Source: Acidimicrobiia bacterium
GTDB lineage: Bacteria > Actinomycetota > Acidimicrobiia > IMCC26256 > PALSA-610
Length of the DNA stretch: 64,000 nt
Direction: 5' to 3'
Assembly (NCBI GenBank): GCA_038240075.1
Contig: JBBSEC010000005.1
Location: 4,111 to 68,110 of the forward strand
Shown here: positions 26,010 through 35,583 of the stretch, in pieces
Numbering within the stretch: position 1 is the stretch's first letter
Layout of the letters: every line of letters starts with the position of its first letter
The notes under the pieces: generated by a model
Told to the model about the DNA's origin: nothing
Databases searched by the model: none
What the model saw: the letters and a program-made list of their open reading frames with translations, nothing else
Made by a program: the position numbers and the translations under genes

Positions 26010-27057
26010 CCTTCGCGACGCTGCTCGCGAGCACGTTCCTCGCGGCCGCGTGCTCGGCGCCGGCGTCGGTCTCCACGAAGCCCGGTGCAACCACGTCGTC
26101 GACGTCGGTCCCGACCCCACTCCGAGTGTCGGCGACGAAGATCGCGCCGACTACGATCCCGAGCACGACGACGACGTTGCCGCCGCTCGCCGCACCCGCA
26201 ACGCCGTACCGCGTCGGGTCGCGCACGTTCGACTGGCTCGACCCGTCGCGCATGACACCGGCGCACGGCAAGTACCACAGCCGGCACGGACGCGAGATCG
26301 TCACCGTGATCTGGTATCCCGCTCAGGGCGCGCCGAGCCCGGCGGTCCACAACGGCGCGACCTCCGCGCACGACGGCGGGCCGTTCCCGGTCGTGCTCTT
26401 CGCTCACGGTTACGGCGGCGTGCCGGCCGACTACCGGGCCGACATCGTCAAATGGGCCTCGCGCGGCTACGTCGTCGTCGCCCCGGAGTTCCCGTTGGGG
26501 AACCGTCGCACGGCCGGCGGCCCCGTCTACACCGATCTCGCCAATCAACCCGGCGATCTCAGCTTCGTGCTCACGCAGGTTCTGGGCGCGAACGCCGACC
26601 CTCGTTCGTGGCTCCACGGAGCGATCGACCGGCGTCGCGTTGGAGCCGTCGGACACTCCTTGGGTGCGTGGACGGTGCTCGCAGTCGTCAGCAACACGTG
26701 CTGTCGCGATCGTCGCATCACGGCCGCGATCATCATGGCGGGAGAGCTGAGCACCTCGTTCAAGGGCGCTTCTATTACTCGGGCGCGCCACCACTCCTGT
26801 TCATCCACGCGGTCGACGACCCGACGGTTCCGTACGCCGCAGGCGAGCGCGCATATCGCTCCGCGCCGAACCCGAAGTATCTCTTCACGTTGAAGGTCGG
26901 CGACCACGAGACGCGGTACCTCGGTTCCCGGTACCCCGAGGGCACGGCCGCGGTGCAGGTGACCGACGAGTTCCTCGATCGCTACCTGCGCGACCTCGCT
27001 TTCGTCGCGATCACCAATCCGAACCGCTCCCTCGCGACCCTCGTCAGCCAGCCCTGA
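25931..27057 (+). pseudogene. Alpha/beta hydrolase (secreted/lipoprotein-like) split by a frameshift
   Basis: Frame A reads ...LLASTFLAAACSAP...VVLFAHGYGG...AVGHSLGAW...IIMAGELSTSFKG. Frame B from about 26770 reads FYYSGAPPLLFIHAVDDPTVPY...KVGDHETRYLG. The Ser nucleophile therefore lies in one frame and the Asp/His in the other. The start is uncertain; GTG 25931 is the nearest in-frame start. Confidence 0.6.
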
Positions 27058-27110
27058 GCGGCGTGGATCGAGCGCGGTCGGCATCCGGGGCCGGCTCGGT
27101 ACCATGCCGC

Positions 27111-28313
27111 GTGCGCCGCGCGGGTTTCCGACACGGGATCGTCCTCGTCGCGGCGCTGATGCTTTTCGCGAGCGCATGCCACGACGGCTCGCGCGGCGCG
27201 ACGGCCACGTCGGGACCGAACCACACACCGACGTCGGTCGGCTCGAGCGCGACGACCACGACGACCACCGCCGCCCTCGGACCCGCGATCATCCTGAGCG
27301 CGCAGGGGCGCGAGCTCGACGCGTATTCGACCGAGCGACCGTTCGCGACGCAGACGGTCGTCCCGTCGCCGGCCGCCGATCGCGACGGCGTCGACGTGAG
27401 CGGGCAGATCTGCTTCGACCCGACGAACCCGCGTCAGTTCGTTGCCGTCGATCGCACCGCGGCCGCCGACGGTCAGCTCGGGTGGGGCGTGTTCACGTTG
27501 TCGGGACAGACGCTCGGCAAGCTCTCCGCGCGTGAGACGGCCCGGCTCGTTCCGACGTTCCAGCCGTCGAGTGACGCGCCGAGCCCGTTCGGTTGCGGCT
27601 TCCTCCCCGACGGTCGCCTGCTCACGACCGACGTCGGGAACCGGTCGAGTGGCCCGGGCGACGGCCAGCTCATCGAGTGGTTCCCGCCGTTCGATCGCGA
27701 CACCGTCGTGTCGTGCAAGGTCGACGTCGCGCTGGCCGGCCCCGAGGGCGTGCTCGTCGACGGCGACCATGTGCTGGTCGCGGAGTCACGCGGTGCCGGT
27801 GTCACCAGCTTCATCAGCTCGACGTTGCCGACGTCGAATCGCGCGACGGGAGGCTGCGCGGGGCACGACACCGACGGCACCGCCCTCGCGATCGGTGTCG
27901 TGCGCTCGGCCTGGCTCCAAAACGCGGCCGCGGCGAGATTGACGCGACCCGCGGCGATCGTGCGCGCCCGCAGCGGTGCGTTCTACGTGTCGAGCCCCAG
28001 TACCGGTGTGATCGCGGAGGTCGATGCGGCCGGACGCCTCGTGCGCCGCGTTCTCAGTCCGCCCTCGGGGGCCGCCACCGCACGGCACCCGTTCGCGACC
28101 GGTTCGCCGATGGGGCTCGGCGTCGCGCCGAACGGCACCCTCTATTACGCAGACACCGGCCTGGTCGTGCAGGGCACCGCGCTCGTCGCGGGGATCCGCA
28201 CCGGCACGATCCGGCGCATCAGCTTCGCCGCCGGAAAGGCGCAACCACCCGAGGTCGTCGACACGGGACTCCAAGCGCCCGACGGCATCGGGATCTGGAT
28301 CCCGAGCGCGTAA
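27111..28313 (+). CDS. Lipoprotein, probable beta-propeller (NHL/SMP-30-like)
   Basis: VRRAGFRHGIVLVAALMLFASAC provides the lipobox. A Thr-rich linker is followed by repeated strands such as GPEGVLVDGDHVLVAES and PMGLGVAPNGTLYYAD. GTG 27063 is an alternative start. Confidence 0.7.
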   Translation: MRRAGFRHGIVLVAALMLFASACHDGSRGATATSGPNHTPTSVGSSATTTTTTAALGPAIILSAQGRELDAYSTERPFATQTVVPSPAADRDGVDVSGQICFDPTNPRQFVAVDRTAAADGQLGWGVFTLSGQTLGKLSARETARLVPTFQPSSDAPSPFGCGFLPDGRLLTTDVGNRSSGPGDGQLIEWFPPFDRDTVVSCKVDVALAGPEGVLVDGDHVLVAESRGAGVTSFISSTLPTSNRATGGCAGHDTDGTALAIGVVRSAWLQNAAAARLTRPAAIVRARSGAFYVSSPSTGVIAEVDAAGRLVRRVLSPPSGAATARHPFATGSPMGLGVAPNGTLYYADTGLVVQGTALVAGIRTGTIRRISFAAGKAQPPEVVDTGLQAPDGIGIWIPSA

Positions 28314-28327
28314 CCCGCGGCAGCGCG

Positions 28328-30679
28328 TCAGCGGGTGGTGCCGGTCCGGACCAGCCGCAGCGGGACGACGACCCCGTCGTCCTGGCCGTCGCGGGGGGCG
28401 TGACCGTCGACGCCGTCGCGCAGGATGTCGATGATGTCGTCGGCCGCGACCGCGCTCGTCCAGTACCAGCCCATCGCGGTGTCGCAGCCGAGGCTCCGCA
28501 GCCGCGTCGCCTGCTCGACCCGCTCCACGCCTTCGGCCGTCACCTTCATGCCCAGCGCGTGCGCCATCGTGATGACCGCCTGCACGATCGCGACATCCGA
28601 CTCGAGCATGTCCATGCTCTCGACGAACGCGCGATCGAGCTTGACGACGTCGACCGGAAGGCGCTTGAGGTAACTGAGCGACGAGTACCCGGTGCCGAAG
28701 TCGTCGATCGCGACGCGAACACCGAGCAGTCGCAACTTCTGCAGCGTGTCGATGGTGCGCTCGATGTCGGTCAACGCGGTGCGTTCCGTGATCTCGACCT
28801 GGAGGCCGCGGGGATCGACCGACGCCTCGCGCAGCGCCGCGGTGATCTCGTCGACGGCCGAAGGTTGACGGATGAAGCGCGGCGACAGGTTGACCGAGAC
28901 GGCCACCCGGTCACGTCCGCGGCGAACCTGGGCCCAACGCTGCGCACCGCGGCACGCTTCGCGCAGCACCGCGCGGTCGATCGCAAGAATGAGGTTCGAT
29001 TCCTCGGCATACGGAATGAAGTCGTCGGGCTCGATCAGACCACGCGTCGGATGCTGCCACCGCACCAGGGCTTCGGCCGCGACCACGTCGCCCGTCGTCA
29101 GTGAGAACTCGGGCTGGAACCGGACGACGAGCTCGTCGTTGTCGAGCGCGCGCCGCAGCTCGCTCTCGAGCTCGAGCCGTTCGACGAGCGCGGGCGCGGC
29201 GTGCATGTCGAACAGCTCCCAACGCGAACGTCCGCCGTCCTTCGCCGCGTACATCGCGAGGTCGGCGTGCCGCAGCAACTCACTCGCGGAGTCGGCCCCC
29301 GACGACATCGCGATTCCTACGCTCGCGGAGAGAACGATGTCGCGTCCCTCGAACGCGATGGGGACGCGGAGGTTCTCGGTGATGCGCTGCGTGATCGCGA
29401 TCGCGGCACCGACCGTCCCGATGTCGTCGAGCAGCACCGTGAACTCGTCACCGCCGAACCGCGCGACGACATCCTGGGGGCGAACGCTCGCACGGAGCCG
29501 ATGGGCCACGTCGAAGAGCAGCCGGTCGCCGGCGTCGTGGCCGAGGTTGTCGTTCACCAGCTTGAAGCGGTCGACGTCGAGGAACAGGACGGCCAGGGTG
29601 CCGCCGGTGTCGGTGCTGCGTGCGATCGCCTCCTCGAGCCGGACGAGGAAGCTCGAGCGGTTCGGGAGCGTGGTGAGCTGGTCGTGGTGGGCGCGGTGCG
29701 CCAGCTCGGCTTCGACGCGCTTGCGCTCGGTGACATCGCGCATGTTGCAGACCATGCCGCCGACGCTCGGATCGTCGAGACGGTTGGTGACGCCGACGTC
29801 GAACCACCGCACGGTTCCGTTCGCGTGACGCACGCGCAGCTCGATCCAGGCCACTTCGCCCTCGCCACCGCCGGCTACGGATGCGAGCAACGACCGGGCG
29901 CGCTCCAGATCGGCCTCGTCGATGAAGTCACTCGAGAGCTTGGCGATCGAGCCCGGGTCGTAGCCGAGCGCGCGACCGATCGACGGGCTCACGTAGCGCA
30001 CGGTGCCTTCGAGATCGATCACCATGATGACGTCGGAGCCGTGTTGCACCAGCGCGCGGAAGCGCCGCTCACTGTGCCGCACCGACAACTCCACCCGTTC
30101 CTTCGCCGACGTCGTCCAGCCGAGGAGGGCGATGATCATCGCCGCGCCGACACCTTCGAGCACCGCCAGCCCGTGACCCTGCGGCTGCGGGAGCAGCGAC
30201 GGCAACGCGCCGGTTGCGACGAGGATCTCACCGACCACGATCGACACAACCGTGACCACGCCCGCGGGGCGCGCCGCGCGCGACCCAACGACACGGATCA
30301 GATCGGCGGCGCCGAACACGAAACCGAGCGCGAGCGTCGCACCCCAACCACCCACATAGATACACAGCGCGACGCCGACCTGCATAACGCTCACGCGCGC
30401 CCACAGCTCGAGCGTGCTCTGCGGGTTCGGCCACGCGGCGGCGGCCGCGGTCGTCGCGAGCTGAGCGACAGCGAGCGACCCGATCAGGGCCCAGAGCGGA
30501 AGGTGCGCGACCCACCCATGCTCACGGCCGATCACGTAGAGCGGCACGACGAGAACCGTCGCCAACTGCGCGGGGTTCCACACCTGGCTCCGCACCGCGC
30601 CGGCGGAGCGGCCTTCAGAGGGGTCGTCGGAGCGGTCCTCGGAGCGGTCGTGGAGGGCGCGTGCGTCGGTGCCTGGCAC
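28328..30679 (-). CDS. Membrane-bound PAS-GGDEF-EAL protein (c-di-GMP turnover)
   Basis: 783 aa with a multi-TM N-terminus and a PAS-like region. The GGDEF motif is ARFGGDEF and the EAL motif is EALVRWQHP...DDFGTGYSSLSYL. Confidence 0.92.
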   Translation of the reverse strand: MPGTDARALHDRSEDRSDDPSEGRSAGAVRSQVWNPAQLATVLVVPLYVIGREHGWVAHLPLWALIGSLAVAQLATTAAAAAWPNPQSTLELWARVSVMQVGVALCIYVGGWGATLALGFVFGAADLIRVVGSRAARPAGVVTVVSIVVGEILVATGALPSLLPQPQGHGLAVLEGVGAAMIIALLGWTTSAKERVELSVRHSERRFRALVQHGSDVIMVIDLEGTVRYVSPSIGRALGYDPGSIAKLSSDFIDEADLERARSLLASVAGGGEGEVAWIELRVRHANGTVRWFDVGVTNRLDDPSVGGMVCNMRDVTERKRVEAELAHRAHHDQLTTLPNRSSFLVRLEEAIARSTDTGGTLAVLFLDVDRFKLVNDNLGHDAGDRLLFDVAHRLRASVRPQDVVARFGGDEFTVLLDDIGTVGAAIAITQRITENLRVPIAFEGRDIVLSASVGIAMSSGADSASELLRHADLAMYAAKDGGRSRWELFDMHAAPALVERLELESELRRALDNDELVVRFQPEFSLTTGDVVAAEALVRWQHPTRGLIEPDDFIPYAEESNLILAIDRAVLREACRGAQRWAQVRRGRDRVAVSVNLSPRFIRQPSAVDEITAALREASVDPRGLQVEITERTALTDIERTIDTLQKLRLLGVRVAIDDFGTGYSSLSYLKRLPVDVVKLDRAFVESMDMLESDVAIVQAVITMAHALGMKVTAEGVERVEQATRLRSLGCDTAMGWYWTSAVAADDIIDILRDGVDGHAPRDGQDDGVVVPLRLVRTGTTR

Positions 30680-30787
30680 GGTCCCTCATCGACCGGTTCG
30701 ACCCCCGTCTTGACCCCCCGGAGCAGGTCGAACGGCGGCGGGTAACGTGTCAGGCTCTCAGCCGGCACCGACTTCTTCAGGAGACCC

Positions 30788-32194
30788 GTGAACGCTCGCA
30801 TCGTGGCCGTCGGCGCCGCCGCGCCGGCGCTCCGACTCCCTGCGGCCGACGTCGCCACCGCGTGGGGTCGATCCGGTGGCCGGGGCCGGGCGGCGCTCTG
30901 CGCTCCCGACGAGGACACGCTGACGCTCGCATGGGAAGCAGGATCCCGGGCGCTCGAAGCGGCGGGGCTCGACCCCACCGTCGTCGACGGGCTCTGGTGG
31001 GGCACGACCCGACCTCCCTTCGCCGAAGGCCCGAGCCACGCCTTCCTCGCGTCGGCGCTCGGGCTCGTCCCCGAGTCGGGCGGCGCCCTGCTCGCGGGAT
31101 CCACACACTCGGGCATCGATGCGCTCGCCGCCGCCACCGACGCGGTCATGGCCGGCAGCGCGCGCGTTGCACTCGTGATCGCGTCCGACGCGCTCCGACC
31201 CGGAATCGGCACCGGCGCGGAATCGCGTTGCGGAGCCGGCGCGGCCGCGATGGTGATCGCCGCCGAGGGCGGTGCCGGCACGATCGGCGCGCGCATCACC
31301 CGCCACCGCCCCGTCGTCGACCGCTACCGCGGCGACGCCGAGAGCGAGACGCGCGACCTCTACGACGGCCGACTGTTCCGTGAGGAGATCTTCCTGCCCT
31401 TGACGACGGCCGTCGCGGAGCCATTGGCCACGCTCGAGCCGCGGGCCTGGTCGCTCCCCGACCCCGACGGCCGCCTCGGATCCGCGCTGGCCAAGAAGGC
31501 GGGGGCCGGCATCCCCGCGTCGGCCGCGGTCTACGCCGAGGTGGGCGACACCGGAGCCGCGGCCGCGCTGCTCGGCGCGATCGGCAGCCTCGACGCCGCC
31601 GGGACCATCGGCATCGTCGCCTACGGCGGCGGGCGCGCCACTGCGGTCGCCGTGCACGCCGAACGCCCCGTTCCCGGCGCGACGTCGGTGGCACGCGTGC
31701 TGAGCGCCGGACGCGATGTCAGCTACACCGACGCGCTGCGCGCGCGGGGTCAGCTCGTTGCCGCGGGTGAGACCATCCCCATGGGCGTGCCGCCCGAGAG
31801 CGCGATGTTCGTGCGCGGCGCCGAAGAGATGCTCGGATTGCTCGGCGGCCGCTGCGTCGACTGCGGCACGATCAGCACACCGCCGTCGATCCACCCGCAC
31901 TGCGTCGCGTGCGGCGGGCCGAAGCTCGAGCCGGTCGCGCTCGCGCGTCACGGAACCGTGCACACCTACGTCATCAATTACACGATGCCCGCCCCGTTCG
32001 TGGCGCCCCTTCCGCTCGCCGTTCTCGACATGGACGACGGCGCGCGCCTGATGCTCCAGGTCATCGGCGACGGCGCCGACGTGTCGATCGGGCGCGAGGT
32101 GCGGTTGGTGCTCCGCCGCTATGCATACGAGCGTGGAGTTCCGGTCTACGGGTTCAAGGCGAAGCCGATCGCACTGGAAGAGGAAACGTCATGA
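30788..32194 (+). CDS. Fusion protein: HMG-CoA-synthase/KAS-III-like thiolase-fold domain + DUF35 (Zn-ribbon + OB fold)
   Basis: 468 aa; GTG start preceded by AGGAG. The N-terminal domain has ASDALRPG...GAGAAAMVI and VGDTGAAAALL (HMGCS-like). The C-terminal domain has CVDCG...CVACG plus an OB segment GTVHTYVINY...LAVLDMDDGARLM, typical of DUF35. Confidence 0.8.
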   Translation: MNARIVAVGAAAPALRLPAADVATAWGRSGGRGRAALCAPDEDTLTLAWEAGSRALEAAGLDPTVVDGLWWGTTRPPFAEGPSHAFLASALGLVPESGGALLAGSTHSGIDALAAATDAVMAGSARVALVIASDALRPGIGTGAESRCGAGAAAMVIAAEGGAGTIGARITRHRPVVDRYRGDAESETRDLYDGRLFREEIFLPLTTAVAEPLATLEPRAWSLPDPDGRLGSALAKKAGAGIPASAAVYAEVGDTGAAAALLGAIGSLDAAGTIGIVAYGGGRATAVAVHAERPVPGATSVARVLSAGRDVSYTDALRARGQLVAAGETIPMGVPPESAMFVRGAEEMLGLLGGRCVDCGTISTPPSIHPHCVACGGPKLEPVALARHGTVHTYVINYTMPAPFVAPLPLAVLDMDDGARLMLQVIGDGADVSIGREVRLVLRRYAYERGVPVYGFKAKPIALEEETS

Positions 32195-32213
32195 GCTGGA
32201 CGTCATGAGCTGG
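32186..32213 (+). repeat. Perfect 14-bp tandem duplication (ACGTCATGAGCTGG x2) at a gene junction
   Basis: Copy 1 is 32186-32199 and copy 2 is 32200-32213. Copy 1 carries the upstream stop TGA 32192-32194. Copy 2 carries the thiolase ATG 32205-32207. Confidence 0.95.
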
Positions 32214-33380
32214 AACAGGGTCGCCGTTGTCGGCGCCGGCCTGATCAAGATGGGCGAGCTGTTCGACCAGAGCTACGAGCAGATGGCCGCGGGCGCGTTC
32301 GCGGCCGCGGTCGCGAGCGTCGACAAGGGATTCGAGCCCGACCTCGTCGACGCCGCGTTCGTCGCAACCCAACGGGGCACGCTCTGGGGCCAGGAAGGCA
32401 TCGGCGGCAACACGGTGCCGAGCGCGATCGGCCTGTCGGGCATCCCGTGCACGCGGATCGAGAACGCGTGCCCGTCGGGCTCCGACGCGTTCCGCGTCGG
32501 CGCGATGGCCGTGGCGAGCGGCGTGCACGATGTCGTCCTCGTGATCGGCGTCGAGAAGATGCGCGACAAGTCGACCGAAGAGGGGCTGCTCTCGCGCGCG
32601 GCGGCCGGCCATCCGATCTTCACGCGCGGCGAAACCGCGCCCGTTCTGTTCGCGCCGTTCGCGACGCGGCACATGGCCGAGTACGGCACGACGCGCGAGA
32701 TGCTCGCGTCGGTCGCGGTGAAGAACCACTACAACGGCGCGCGCGACCCGTACGCCCACTTCCAGAACGAGATCACGATCGAAGACGTGCTCGCCTCGGT
32801 GCCGGTGTGCCACCCCCTCCACCTGCTCGACTGCTGCCCGCAGACCGACGGAGCCGCGGCCGTGCTCCTGGTGCCGGCCGAGCGGGCCGAGGAGTTCACC
32901 GACCGGCCGGTCTGGGTCGCGGGGTTCGGTGTCGCGACCGACCACCCGTACCTGCACGAGAAGTCGTCGTTCACCGAGATCAAGGCCACGCGGCTCGCAG
33001 CCGAACGCGCCTACGCCATGGCCGGTGTCGGGCCCGCCGACATCGACTGCGCCGAAGTGCACGACTGCTTCACGATCACGGAGATCCTCGACATCGAAGA
33101 CCTCGGCTTCGTCGAGAAGGGCCGCGGCGGCATGGCGAGCCTCGAAGGCGAGACCGCGCTCGACGGTCGGATCCCGGTCAACACATCGGGGGGTCTGCTC
33201 GCCAAGGGTCATCCGATCGGCGCGACGGGCGTCGCGCAGATCACCGAGTGCTGGTGGCAACTGCGCGGTGACGCCGGTGAACGGCAGATCGAGACGCGCA
33301 ACGGCTTCGCGCTGCAGCACAACGCCGGCGGACGCGGTTCGGGCGTCGCGGTCGTCAACATCCTGACGAACCAGCGATGA
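32205..33380 (+). CDS. SCP-x/Ltp-type thiolase (lipid-transfer-protein-like)
   Basis: MSWNRVAVVGAG...RIENACPSGSDAF (nucleophile Cys), EVHDCFTITE and NTSGGLLAKGHPIGATG. Confidence 0.9.
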   Translation: MSWNRVAVVGAGLIKMGELFDQSYEQMAAGAFAAAVASVDKGFEPDLVDAAFVATQRGTLWGQEGIGGNTVPSAIGLSGIPCTRIENACPSGSDAFRVGAMAVASGVHDVVLVIGVEKMRDKSTEEGLLSRAAAGHPIFTRGETAPVLFAPFATRHMAEYGTTREMLASVAVKNHYNGARDPYAHFQNEITIEDVLASVPVCHPLHLLDCCPQTDGAAAVLLVPAERAEEFTDRPVWVAGFGVATDHPYLHEKSSFTEIKATRLAAERAYAMAGVGPADIDCAEVHDCFTITEILDIEDLGFVEKGRGGMASLEGETALDGRIPVNTSGGLLAKGHPIGATGVAQITECWWQLRGDAGERQIETRNGFALQHNAGGRGSGVAVVNILTNQR

Positions 33381-33402
33381 CGAGGGTCGAACGGAGTCGA
33401 CG

Positions 33403-34197
33403 ATGATCCGTATCGAACGCGGCGACGATCATGTCGCGCGGATCGTCCTCGACCGGCCCGAGGCCAAGAACGCGCTGACCGCGCAGATGCGCGACGACCT
33501 CGTCGCCTCCGTGCGCTCGTGCCGGACCGATCCCGATGTGCGCGCGGTCCTGATCACCGGAGTCGGTGACGCGTTCTGCGCGGGCATGGACCTCTCCGCG
33601 TCGACCGTCGCGCAGGCCGGACGCGAAGGATTCGAGGTGCGCTCCACGTCGGAGGCGCTGCGCTCCGGTGTGCAGGCGTTCATCCGCGAGCTCTGGGAGC
33701 TCGACAAGCCGACGGTCGCCGCGGTCAACGGCGTGGCGGTCGGGCCCGGTGCCCACCTCGCGCTCGCGTGCGACTTCGTGCTCGTCGCTCCGACGACGCG
33801 TTTTCTCTGGTCGTTCCACCGCTGGGGGCTCGTCGCCGATGCGGGTGGCGCGTACCTGCTGCCCCGCCTCGTCGGGCTCCCGCGCGCGAAGGCGATGCTC
33901 ATGCTCGGCGAAGGTGCCGTCGGACAGGCCGCCGTCGACCTCGGACTCGCGTACAAGTGCTGCGAGGGCGACACGCTCGCCGCCGAGGCGATCGCGCTCG
34001 CGCAGCGGCTCGCCGACGGGCCCACGCGCGCGCTCGGCCTCACGAAGCGGCTGCTCAACGCCAGCTTCGAGACCGACCTCGCGGCCTCGTTGGAGCTCGA
34101 AGGCCACTTCCAGGCGTTGGCCACCACCACCAGCGACCTGCGGGAAGGCATGACCGCCTTTCGTGAGAAGCGCGACACGCGCTTCACCGGAACGTGA
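33403..34197 (+). CDS. Enoyl-CoA hydratase/isomerase (crotonase) family
   Basis: LDRPEAKNALT, GDAFCAGMDL and AAVNGVAVGPGAHLALACD are crotonase signatures. Confidence 0.9.
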   Translation: MIRIERGDDHVARIVLDRPEAKNALTAQMRDDLVASVRSCRTDPDVRAVLITGVGDAFCAGMDLSASTVAQAGREGFEVRSTSEALRSGVQAFIRELWELDKPTVAAVNGVAVGPGAHLALACDFVLVAPTTRFLWSFHRWGLVADAGGAYLLPRLVGLPRAKAMLMLGEGAVGQAAVDLGLAYKCCEGDTLAAEAIALAQRLADGPTRALGLTKRLLNASFETDLAASLELEGHFQALATTTSDLREGMTAFREKRDTRFTGT

Positions 34198-34559
34198 CCC
34201 GCATCCCGATCCTCTACTCGAGGGGCTACGGGCTCGCGCTCGCGGCGATGGGGCTTCCCAAGCGCTCGGCCGCCGTCGAGATCGACGACGCGCTCGTGCG
34301 CGTGCGGTTGGGGTGGGCGTTCCACACGTCGTTCAACCGCAACCGGATCGAGTCGTCCGAGCACACCCCCGATGTCCTGATGACTGCGGGCGCGCACGGT
34401 TGGCGCGGCCGCTGGCTCGTCAACGGCGCGTCGGGTCCGATCGTCACGATCCGGCTCCGCGAGCCGGTCTCGGCGTTCGCGCTCGGCTTCCCGATCCGCC
34501 TGCGCGAGATCGCCGTCAGCGTCGCTGACCCCGACGCCCTCATCGCCGCGCTGTCGTAG
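34194..34559 (+). CDS. Hypothetical small protein (121 aa)
   Basis: GTG 34194 overlaps the crotonase TGA by 4 nt. GC3 is typical. I recognised no motif. Confidence 0.55.
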   Translation: MTRIPILYSRGYGLALAAMGLPKRSAAVEIDDALVRVRLGWAFHTSFNRNRIESSEHTPDVLMTAGAHGWRGRWLVNGASGPIVTIRLREPVSAFALGFPIRLREIAVSVADPDALIAALS

Positions 34560-34639
34560 TCGTCCGCTCCCATTTGCCGCGCTCGCGGGGGCTCTGGTCG
34601 AATGCCGCACAGGTCACGCACCGCCATCTGGAGGCTGAA

Positions 34640-35557
34640 GTGGGTTTGTTCGACGGAAAGGTCGCGATCGTCACCGGCGCGGGCCGCGGGATCGGGCGCG
34701 CGCACGCGGTGATGCTCGCGTCGGAGGGCGCGGCCGTCGTCGTGAACGACCTCGGAGGCGACGCCCTCGGAGACGGCGCCGACATCACCCCGGCCCAGCA
34801 GGTGGTCGACGAGATCACGGCGGCAGGCGGCCGCGCGATCGTGAACGGCGCGAGCGTCTCGTCGTGGAGCGGCGCCGAGGCGATGATCCAGCAGGCCGTC
34901 GACACCTACGGTCGCCTCGATGTCCTCGTCAACAACGCGGGCATCCTCCGCGACAAGATGAGCTTCAACATGGACGAGGCGGAGTGGGACGCAGTCATCG
35001 ACGTGCACCTCAAGGGCCACTTCGCGCCGTCGCGCTTCGCGGCGAGCTACTGGCGCGCGCAGTCGAAGGCCGGCAGCGAGGTGAACGCGAAGATCGTCAA
35101 CACTGCGTCGGAGTCGGGGCTCTACGGCAACGCGGGGCAGGCAAACTACGCCGCCGCGAAAGCCGGCATCGCCGCGATGACGATCGTGATGGCGCGCGAG
35201 CTCGAGCGCATCGGCGTGCGGGTGAACGCGGTCACACCGGTGGCACGGACCCGGCTCACCGACACGGTCGCGACCGGCGGGTTCATGGACAAGAAGGAAG
35301 GTGAGTTCGACCGCTTCGCTCCGGAGAACATCTCGGCCGTCGTGGGTTGGCTCGCGTCCGACCTCTCCGACGGTGTGACCGGCCAGATCGTGAAGGTCAT
35401 GGGCGGTCAGGTGCAGCTGCTCACCGGCTGGCGGCCGGTGACCCAGGCCGATGCCGACACCGAGTGGACGATCGCGTCGATCGACGCCATCTCCGACGAC
35501 CTGTTCGCCAAGACCGGCAAGTCGGTGCCCGTGTTCATGCCTCCGGTCGAGGCCTGA
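34640..35557 (+). CDS. Short-chain dehydrogenase/reductase (MFE-2/3-hydroxyacyl-CoA-dehydrogenase-like)
   Basis: GTG 34640 follows GGAGG (34630-34634). Motifs TGAGRGIG, NNAG and YAAAKAG are present. Confidence 0.88.
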   Translation: MGLFDGKVAIVTGAGRGIGRAHAVMLASEGAAVVVNDLGGDALGDGADITPAQQVVDEITAAGGRAIVNGASVSSWSGAEAMIQQAVDTYGRLDVLVNNAGILRDKMSFNMDEAEWDAVIDVHLKGHFAPSRFAASYWRAQSKAGSEVNAKIVNTASESGLYGNAGQANYAAAKAGIAAMTIVMARELERIGVRVNAVTPVARTRLTDTVATGGFMDKKEGEFDRFAPENISAVVGWLASDLSDGVTGQIVKVMGGQVQLLTGWRPVTQADADTEWTIASIDAISDDLFAKTGKSVPVFMPPVEA

Positions 35558-35583
35558 CGAGACCGACGGCGACGGACGCACCG

